NCBI RefSeq assembly: GCF_006345805.1
Contig: NC_043013.1
Coordinates: 24,924,001-24,988,000 of the forward strand
Length of the DNA stretch: 64,000 bases
DNA from: Octopus sinensis
Taxonomy: Eukaryota
Reading direction: 5' to 3'
A program made the position numbers and the translations under genes. The number at the start of each line of letters is the position of its first letter. The first letter of the stretch is position 1. Positions 40,803-64,000 of this stretch are shown piece after piece. A model generated the notes under the pieces. It did no database searches, was not told the origin of the DNA, and saw only the letters and a list, made by a program, of their open reading frames with translations.

Positions 40803-41235
40803 GATATATATATTTCTGGTCTTTATATCTAGTTTCAACTCCCAAGCTGTGGCCATGCTGGGGCACAGCCATTTGCTGCTGTCATATAATTTTACTTCCA
40901 GAATGCTTTTACATATATATATATATATACACGACAGGATTCTTCCAGTTTCTGTCTACCAAATCCAAGGCTTGGGTCAGCCCAAGGCTATTGCCCAAGG
41001 TGCCACACAGTGAGACTGAACCCAGAACCATGTGGTTGGGAAGCAAGTTCTTTACCATACAGCCACACCTGCACCTATAAAAAAAGAATCTAAAATTTGG
41101 CAAGACACATTACTCTGAATACTAATTAATAAAAAAATTGGTGTTTACTTTCAGATGAATGATATTGATACATCACTGACTTGGATAAAAGAAAAACTTA
41201 AAGGAGAAAATCATCAAGCAGAGATTTCCTGTTGA
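2446..41235 (+). CDS. TRPM: TRPM-family cation channel gene, 3' portion (multi-exon; N-terminal exons lie upstream of the window)
   Basis: Exons join in frame with GT-AG sites: pre-S1 FYNTPVITF, S1-S6, S4-S5 linker LGPKLVMIKKM, pore YFQMYGELFLEE, S6 NILLLNLLIAMF, TRP box WHFQR, PPLPPP, coiled coil, stop. Paralog identity not determined. Confidence 0.95.
3112..4369 (-). mobile_element. Near full-length decayed mariner transposon (about 1.26 kb)
   Basis: TA-flanked imperfect TIRs (ttgagttggcgaaaa / ttttggccaatccaa); minus strand reads WDVLSHPPYLPDLAP* near 3380-3428. Confidence 0.85.
5494..7350 (-). mobile_element. RTE-clade LINE with APE endonuclease, internally deleted and joined to its 3' UTR
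   Basis: ISAYAPQ, AGDFNGHV, SQIDYIL, QHRLVV (APE); KAPGPSGI...YRGIKL (RT start), then a direct jump into the 3' UTR and tail. Confidence 0.9.
7903..8500 (-). mobile_element. CR1-like LINE 3' end
   Basis: YSQERRHEMYAVIYIWKSLEDLAPNFGI and KGPQLLNIL...IFKECLDRF...IPDEP; tail ccagcatggcctcagc...gccgaaactagtaaaa. Confidence 0.75.
9035..9110 (+). CDS. TRPM: TRPM exon, NTCSKMFSRLLLFYNTPVITFFGNL (start of S1)
   Basis: ttgttccag acceptor, ttg|gttggt donor; FYNxP motif that precedes S1 in TRPMs; phase 2 to 0. Confidence 0.88.
10078..10677. mobile_element. piggyBac-type non-autonomous element
   Basis: TTAA|CACGTTGG ... CCAACGTG|TTAA termini plus longer subterminal inverted repeats (gggtcgtgtggta / taccacacgaccc). 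Confidence 0.75.
11409..11537 (+). CDS. TRPM: TRPM exon S1-S2 (IFYMIFLGIYSYVVL...FTEEVHQ)
   Basis: tttccag acceptor, cag|gtaaat donor, 129 nt; EExxQ motif of S2. Confidence 0.95.
11808..11930. repeat. Degenerate (GAT/GAC)n microsatellite
   Basis: Direct reading; source of spurious poly-D/M/H ORFs. Confidence 0.9.
12120..12396 (-). mobile_element. CR1/L2-like LINE 3' end (other copies about 29500-29697 minus and 61400-61735 plus)
   Basis: TLRVAEAWNKLPASVVSCRSTASFK C-terminal motif followed by an (ATT)n tail. Confidence 0.8.
12840..13010 (-). mobile_element. Mariner transposase C-terminal relic
   Basis: EVEASVKEFFVSQDENWNQCWIKEL resembles mariner C-termini. Confidence 0.6.
13114..13441. mobile_element. 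hAT (Charlie-like) MITE
   Basis: TIRs cagtgcttcccaaa / tttaagaactactg; 8-bp TSD tactaatg / tactaaag; internal about 46-bp tandem duplication. Confidence 0.75.
14905..15287 (+). mobile_element. tRNA-derived SINE family A (many copies in the window)
   Basis: A/B-box head (gctgtgcggtaag...ggttcagtccc), internal (TG)n, tail ccagtatggccacagtctagtgactgaa. Related copies near 17306, 22155, 27585, 29720, 31920, 32190, 34390, 40930, 49510, 54095, 55225, 59975 and 62135. Confidence 0.85.
16590..17000 (-). mobile_element. Two tandem copies of SINE family B (Nin/Deu-domain-like)
   Basis: Reverse complement of gctggcagaatcgttag...gagttcaaattccgc...gcctttcatcctt..ggtcgat..agtaccag. Confidence 0.78.
17306..17882 (+). 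mobile_element. SINE A interrupted by a nested SINE B (about 17515-17730)
   Basis: The SINE A head and tail are separated by a complete SINE B. Confidence 0.75.
18243..18287 (-). ncRNA. Minimal type I hammerhead-like motif, G3:C8 core variant
   Basis: tttgtca GTGATCA g gtcgc aaa gcgac GAA agtatt t tgacaaa: 7-bp stem I, 5-bp stem II, near-palindromic stem III. Confidence 0.65.
18975..19170. mobile_element. Inverted-repeat PLE-like remnant with U3:A8 hammerhead-like motif (second family copy 45890-46066)
   Basis: About 60-bp inverted arms (18981-19039 and 19102-19160); acta TTGAAAA g gtt..gcaac GAA aatt t at 19039-19079. Confidence 0.55.
19260..19902 (-). mobile_element. Three head-to-tail SINE B copies separated by (AAT)n
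   Basis: Repeated acaagg...tcgattacatc...actggtact...aggatgaaag...tttgaactcagaa...ttctgccagcttg units. Confidence 0.8.
20367..20598. mobile_element. Inverted PLE-like remnant with hammerhead half-motifs and a 10-bp TSD
   Basis: aacctgttag direct repeat at 20357 and 20599; arms share ctggagagta.atcagccgaaac; same family as 30485-30816. Confidence 0.7.
22365..22587. mobile_element. piggyBac-type MITE, about 220 bp (copies 29025-29246, 56016-56226, 56258-56470; decayed 46070-46255)
   Basis: TTAA|cccttttgttacc ... ggtaacgaaaggg|TTAA; internal sequence nearly identical among copies. Confidence 0.85.
23560..24300 (-). mobile_element. Decayed Penelope-like element ORF (RT C-terminus, thumb, linker)
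   Basis: Minus-strand fragments ANILGVAPNLSTNKHYLSRKLHEETIYV, YFKDALKGSGFSDKLVY, IIWF, HFP, QIFNIGNIKVAYSCLDNI match PLE patterns recalled from memory (FLDV..YRKPN, IIWFNPP, KIFNRNTVKVSYSC). Confidence 0.72.
24600..25025 (+). mobile_element. Old RTE LINE relic related to 32924-34326
   Basis: FDDKHTRLLMQAANISW..KEETYG versus LDGTYTRLLMRAQNISW..MQIYG. Confidence 0.75.
25470..25983 (+). mobile_element. RTE 3' UTR copy with about five internal 50-60 bp modules
   Basis: Repeated gcacatgaaaa(a)gcac units and the standard tail. Confidence 0.8.
27910..28155 (+). CDS. TRPM: TRPM exon S3-S4 and S4-S5 linker
   Basis: DIWNIVD and LGPKLVMIKKM; tttcag acceptor, atg|gttagt donor; 246 nt. Confidence 0.96.
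28380..28573. mobile_element. hAT-like MITE
   Basis: cagcagttctcaacc / ggctgaaaaccactg termini; TSD degenerate. Confidence 0.55.
28774..28948 (+). CDS. TRPM: TRPM exon S5, pore helix and selectivity filter
   Basis: MQDLGYFFMILFVFMVAYGIATQSILHP...YFQMYGELFLEEYD; cttcag acceptor, g|gtaaat donor. Confidence 0.96.
30485..30816. mobile_element. Fold-back element: two about 115-bp inverted arms, each with a hammerhead motif, around a tRNA-like head
   Basis: gacac CTGATGA a gg(c/t)tgg...tcagct GAA atgt t gtgt at 30756-30801 (+) and 30500-30545 (-); central minus-strand A box TGGCATAGTGG and B box GAGTTCAATTC. Confidence 0.75.
30952..31081 (+). CDS. TRPM: TRPM exon, outer pore loop and S6
   Basis: (E)TNCNNVSGKCPSTIGTYIAPILMCLYILLTNILLLNLLIAMFS; tttcag acceptor, ag|gtgaga donor. 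This frame is not in the ORF track. Confidence 0.96.
31100..31590. repeat. Compound degenerate (TG)n and (GAT/GAG)n microsatellites filling a TRPM intron
   Basis: Direct reading. Confidence 0.9.
31682..31872 (+). CDS. TRPM: TRPM exon, TRP domain
   Basis: TFQNVQVNTDLHWHFQRYSLIFEFYTRPPLPPPLILL; atatcag acceptor, a|gtaagt donor. Confidence 0.96.
32924..34326 (-). mobile_element. Young 5'-truncated RTE-clade LINE with an uninterrupted reverse transcriptase frame
   Basis: NYRGISL, FVDFSKAFDS, GILQGDTLAPFLF, DFADDIAL, YKYLGS; frame stays open upstream (WHQSQIIPIPKKGDL); stop runs into a (GAT)n tail. Confidence 0.95.
34390..34778 (-). mobile_element. Full-length SINE A
   Basis: Complete head, body and tail. 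Confidence 0.88.
35981..36113 (+). CDS. TRPM: TRPM exon, C-terminal rib-helix region
   Basis: EKRLIHWEDEMADSYL matches the TRPM LxxWE...Y pattern; ccatag acceptor, cg|gtacgt donor; phases match neighbours. Confidence 0.92.
36880..37319 (+). mobile_element. Mariner 3' fragment
   Basis: DYLFRSLQNHL...EFYIDGIKKLVNRWKEVIDNQEKYI and a TIR-like end gaacttaagggatgacctgata. Confidence 0.85.
37672..37840 (+). CDS. TRPM: TRPM exon, coiled coil (IDQLTLKVEELQHQL...KLQKIEEK)
   Basis: ccttacag acceptor, aag|gtttgt donor, phase 2 to 0, heptad pattern. Confidence 0.88.
39040..39270 (+). mobile_element. Helitron/PIF1-type helicase C-terminal fragment
   Basis: [43 protein letters not shown]. Confidence 0.85.
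40596..40631 (+). ncRNA. Degenerate hammerhead-like motif
   Basis: tgt CCAACAA acg ggaa cgt GAA actc t gagt a aca: three stems present, core decayed. Confidence 0.45.
41155..41235 (+). CDS. TRPM: TRPM terminal coding exon, MNDIDTSLTWIKEKLKGENHQAEISC*
   Basis: tactttcag acceptor, phase 0, LxWI coiled-coil end, TGA stop, AATAAA at 41289. Confidence 0.82.
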   Translation: MNDIDTSLTWIKEKLKGENHQAEISC

Positions 41236-44200
41236 AATGCTGGCTGAAGATGTATGAAATTGTCTATATTTCTTTCTACCAACAATGTAATAAATATTTA
41301 ATAGACAAAAGTATTGGGAAGTTATTAATTATAATGAACCAGACACAGCAGTAACAAGAACAGCAGTTGTAGTCCTAATGGATGCAAACAATAGTTATAT
41401 TAGGTGGGTCATACAAGTGACATCATGTATAAAAACTGTATTTATATATAAGCGTATGCATCTGTCCTGTAGCTATTGGAATAATAGAGCTGGTGGAAAG
41501 ACAAGTGAAAGAGAAGGAGGCAGCTTGAATGAGGTGAGAGAGAGAGAGAGAAAGAAAGAAAGACAGACAAGGAGAGAGAATAAAGAGACAATCTGGTTTT
41601 CCTTGGAATTTTAGCAAGAAAGAGGACAGAAAGAAATATATGTATATTTGTATTTTTACATATTATTTTTGGGGGTGAGCTGCTTGTGAATATACAATAT
41701 TTGGGGTGGAGGGTGTGTGTATTTATGGAGTTTTTGGGTGGGTGGGGGTGTCTGAATTTATAGGGTTTGGGTGATGTGAGGGGGTGCATGTGAATTAATG
41801 TTTTTCATAGAAATGAAAGAAAAACAATTTGGATAAAAATAAAGAATTCTAAAATAAAAAGTGATAATTGTTTATTAATTAAAGAAATGCAAAAGAAAAA
41901 TATAATTAATACAAATATTTTGTGAAACTGTTAAAATATATTTTACTAGTTATATGTAAAGCACTTTGAAATACTGGACAGAGAGTGTAATACCAGGGTA
42001 TAATCCATTCCAAATTAGAGACAGCAAATAGGGGACTTGGATGTAAATAATCATGCTCTTCACGCTATATTTAAACCATTCTACTCACTCTATATTTGCT
42101 TAAGTTTCTAAAATATAAACAATATTCAGAAATTTCACACTCTTTTATTTATTTATTACAAAAAGTTTAATTAAACTAAAAACAAAATATAAAAATTGAG
42201 CTGCAAAGGAAGAAAGGTAGCATAAACATTGGACACGTTTAGTATTAACAGCAAATAAATCTCAAATATTGTTTGTAAGAAAAAAAAATTGCTTTATTTA
42301 TTTAGTTGTATTTTACAAGATAACAATAGAATTTCAGATACAAAAATATACGGCTGGCACCAAAGACAAAACAAACATTTTGTTATATTTTGGTTTCTAC
42401 ATATCTAAATAGCACCTAACTGGTATTTTCTGGATAAGCAGATCTTTAAAGATTTGGGATTATATAATAAAGGCTATTTAAAGATAGAGGTTAATTTCAA
42501 AATTAATTGACTCCTCGAACCTTCTGGAAAGACTGTTGTTCTAATTAATTGCTTTTATAAAAGATCCTATCACATGACACTGTCCCCTGGAAAGTTATCA
42601 CAATTCCTTTACAGCTGTCCAGCTCAAGAAGTAACACTCCCAGTGTCAAGAGAACTAGGAACAAGAAGATGTCAGCTTTAAATTTGTACTGCCTTCAATT
42701 CGGGGCAAAAATCATGGTCTAGAAAATTCTTGACCAGTCATTCTTTGTGTTTCATCTTGCATGCAATTAAAATTAGAATTGTCAACAAAATAAAACGTTA
42801 AGCAAAATTAGGGAGGGAGAAGAGAAAACTTTTCTTAAAGAAAAGCAATGGTAAATATTATCACACAGTATGGTTTTTTTTTCTTTTTCAAGTGAAAATC
42901 AACCAAATATCAATAAGCTGAATAAAACCACTCCACAGATTATATAGGTAGCATGGCATTAGTTTGGCATCAAGCACTTTTACTAGAGTCTTTCGAGACG
43001 TCTTTCTAGTGTAAAAAATAAATATAAAATAAAAATCACAAAATTCTTTATCATGTGCCAAGTGAAGATGAAGCATGTAAAAACGGTTATTGTAATAAGA
43101 GTTATTTTTTGTCTTTGAAATAACTCGATAGAATATAAGAGATTAAAAAAAACATATATACATTTGCGCAAATGTTAGAGAAATTGATAAAATTTTGTAC
43201 ATTAAAACAGGAAATGTTGAATTTATCTTCTACTAGTTTCATTGAAAGATCCTTTCATTTAGGGATCCTTTTTAATTCATTGCCTTAAAGTGACATCCAC
43301 TATGAAGCCTTTAAGACTAGCATTTACTAGGAAGTTTTTAAGAGATTATAGAGATTTTCTGCTCTAATGAAAATAATTCTTAATTATTTTTTTCATGTGT
43401 CAATCGTGTAAAAAAACCAAATGAATTTTTAAAAATCAGTGTGATTTGAGATGTGAACTGAGTACGTAAATCGAAATATTTAATGAAAATTTGGGTCAAA
43501 ATAAGAATAAAATTGTAAATTTTCAAAATGAATAAAGATGGATGCATTGTGGTTTCATAAATTGATGTTAATGAAAAAAATGTGGAAATTAGAATTCGAA
43601 AAGAAATATTTCTGATAGGTTCCGTAGATATTTAAATTCTGAGCAATAAAATTTGACTGACTAATCTACAATCTCCTGTAATTGACACAAGATCGTTTTG
43701 ACTTTCCGTATTCTGAGTAAGCCATGTTCTATGAGGGTTATAAATGGCAGAGTCAATAAAATGTTGACCTATTGATTAAAATGTCAATGGTTTGTTTCCT
43801 TTGGCTGGCACTGAATATATATATATAGATCTGTAGCAAAGACACTTAACTCTAAATAGCCCAATCCACCAAGATGAAAATAGGCACTATAGGAGGCTAA
43901 ATCTCACCATCCAAAGCAATGTTAGAATTGTAAAACTAACAATGTCTCATTAACCCGAGGTGCTGAGTAAAATATTTGCTGAGGAATGCAAATTGGTGTT
44001 AAGCAAGTTCCATCAGGTAGACTTGACCCTAGATAAACTCCACAAATCCAGTCTTAAAGTGATTCTCCAAATGGTTTAATGTGCACAGAGTTTCAAACCT
44101 ATGTTTGTAGCTCATGATCAAACAAAATATATGTAGGGAAACAAATATATAATTTTGCAAACTTAGAAAACATGAAATAAACAATGTTAAACTTTGGTGG

Positions 44201-44521
44201 GAAAGAGGAGAATGTAATATGAAAATGACAGAGGTAAGAATAACTATGACCGAAATAGTGGTATGGAGCAGCATTATATACACAGCAACAACCAGAATTA
44301 ATGAATTCTAAATGTATACAGAGAGATTTCTAATGTCAATATTGGTGAATGTTCTGCAAAGAAAGAGAAATTACGTGTGTGTGTGTGTGAATATATATAT
44401 ATGTATGTATGTGTGTGTGTGTATGTGACCAAAAAGCCACTAAAATGGTCTTGTGACTTCTGGGCCACCTTGCATATATATAATGGATATATAATAGTGG
44501 CACATATCAGTTTAATTCATT

Positions 44522-62079
<17,558 letters not shown>

Positions 62080-62692
62080 CTGAAGAAGAAAACAAAAATT
62101 ATTGTGAGAAAGATGGAAAGTAGTTTATTTCTTTTATTCTTTTACTTGTTTCAGTCATTTGACTGCGGCCATGCCGGAGCAGTGCCTTCAGTTGAACAAA
62201 TCAACCTGAGGCCTTATCATTCGTAAGTCTAGTACTTATTCTATTGATCTCTTTCATCAAACCACAAGATTAGGAGGATGTAAACACACCAACATTGGTT
62301 GTCAAGATATAGTGGAGGGGACAAACACTGACATGCAAATACACACACACACGACAGGCTTCTTTCAGTTTCCATTTACCAAATCCACTCACAAGGCTTT
62401 GGTTGGCCTGAGGGCTGTAGAAGAAGACACTTGCTGACAGTGCCATGCGGTGGGACTGAACGTGGAACCATGTGATTGGGAGGCAAGCTTCTTACCACAC
62501 AGCCACTCCTAACAATTCTAATAATTTTGTTATCATATTCCTGTTGAAATACCTTACCTCTATTCCAATTAATTTTGAAAATATCACATGAAAAGCACAG
62601 AAAAGGCACTGGTACCATGGGAAAAGCACCTGTGCCAGCCCCACATGAAAACCATTCACACTGACCCATTTGAAATTCACCTGTACTGGCAT

Positions 62693-62926
62693 CACATGAA
62701 AAGTACCTGTGCCGGTGCCACATGAAAAGTACCTGTGCCGGTGTCGCATGAAAAGTACCTGTGTCGGTGCCACATGAAAAGTACCTGTGTCGGTGCCACA
62801 TGAAAAGTACCTATGCCAGTGCCACATGAAAAGTACCCGCACTGGTGCCGCATGAAAAGTACCTGTGCCGGTGCCACATGAAAAGTACCCGCACTGGCGC
62901 CGCATGAAAAGTACCAGTGCTGATGC
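62693..62926 (+). repeat. 26-bp minisatellite, nine copies, inside an RTE 3' UTR copy
   Basis: Unit cacatgaaaagtacctgtgccggtgc; decayed units from about 62584; continues into the RTE tail sequence. Confidence 0.95.
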
Positions 62927-62999
62927 TACATAAAATGCATCCAACACACTCTGTAAAGTGGTTGGCATTAGACAGGGCATCCAGCCATAGAAACCTGGT

Positions 63000-63521
63000 T
63001 AGTCAAGTCTGGGGAACATGAAGGCCAGTTGACATTGCCGTAATGGGAGATTCTTCTCTCTCCAAAGCATTGGCATAACAACCACACTATTTCTCTTGCA
63101 GCATAAGCAGTTGCCCCATCTTGCTGAATCATGTGTGACATCTACCTTGACTGCCTTTCAAGTTCCCCAGACTAGCCCAGATTTTTTGTTGTGGGGATAC
63201 CTGAAAGAGGGGGTTTACGTCAAAAAACTGGAGACCCTTGTGCAACTGAAGGAGAACATCAATAAAGAAATCAGAGAAGTGGGGTCTAAAACTCTTGAGG
63301 GTGTTATGGTGCAAGTTTTGGAAAGAGCATGGGTATGCGAAGCTGAAAATGGAAGCCATTTAAGCAATGTCATTTTTCATATGTGAAATAGTGGTGTCGC
63401 AAAATTTGACTTGCACATATTAATTTCCTTTATGTTCTTTATATTGTGTCAAAATTTCATGCATTTATTTGTAAAGTTAAGGAAATTATTTAAAATTGAA
63501 ACTCATCAGTGGGACACCCCG
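63000..63521 (+). mobile_element. Tc1/mariner-superfamily transposase 3' fragment
   Basis: SPDFLLWGYLKEGVYV...LVQLKENI...CEAENGSHL and a TIR-like end tgggacaccccg. Confidence 0.82.
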
Positions 63522-63883
63522 CCTGTGTATGTATGTATGTATATCATCATCGTTTAATGTCCGTTTTCCATGCTAGCATGGGTTGGACAGTTCGACAGGG
63601 GTCTGGGAAGCCAGGATGCTGCGCCAGACTCCAGTCTGATCTGGCAGTGTTTCTACATCTTGATGCCCTTCCTAATGCCAACCACTCCGTGTGTGTAGTG
63701 GGTGCTTTTTACGTGCCACCAGCACAGGGGCCAGAGGAGGCTGGCAAACAGCCACAATCAGTTGGTGCCTTTTACGTGTCACCGACACGGACGCCAGTCA
63801 GGCGACGTTGGCTAAGACACGTTCGGATGGTACTTTTTATGTGCCACCAGCACAGGTATCTTAACAACTACAATTTCCATTAG

Positions 63884-63931
<48 letters not shown>

Positions 63932-63946
63932 CATGCTAATGGAATA

Positions 63947-63989
<43 letters not shown>

Positions 63990-64000
63990 ATGCATATACA

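Noticed and set aside
62693-62926. CRISPR-like array
   Set aside because: Units are contiguous with no unique spacers, there are no cas genes, and the array lies in a eukaryotic retroelement UTR.
62376-62980. 141- and 162-aa repetitive ORFs
   Set aside because: Read-through of the 26-bp minisatellite and a SINE.

Overview
AT-rich, repeat-dense eukaryotic DNA, most likely an Octopus genome (inferred from the SINE/LINE repertoire). It holds the 3' halves of two convergent multi-exon genes that I spliced by hand, with GT-AG sites and consistent phases. On + is a TRPM cation channel (9-10 exons, pre-S1 to stop at 41235) with a TRPM2-like pore and Ca2+ site but no C-terminal enzyme domain. On - is ecdysoneless/ECD (11 exons, 62079 to stop at 44522). 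The introns are filled with tRNA-derived SINEs, RTE and CR1-like LINE pieces (one young 433-aa RT ORF), Tc1/mariner relics, piggyBac- and hAT-type MITEs, a Helitron helicase fragment, a decayed Penelope-like (PLE) ORF and microsatellites. The most unusual signal is a set of minimal type I hammerhead-ribozyme-like motifs in about six different repeat families, with canonical C3:G8, swapped G3:C8, U3:A8 and U6 cores. One family forms an inverted pair around a tRNA-like Pol III head, and another sits in a 341-bp direct repeat like a retrozyme. All calls are by eye; no searches or folding were run, and repeat boundaries are approximate unless a TSD is given.
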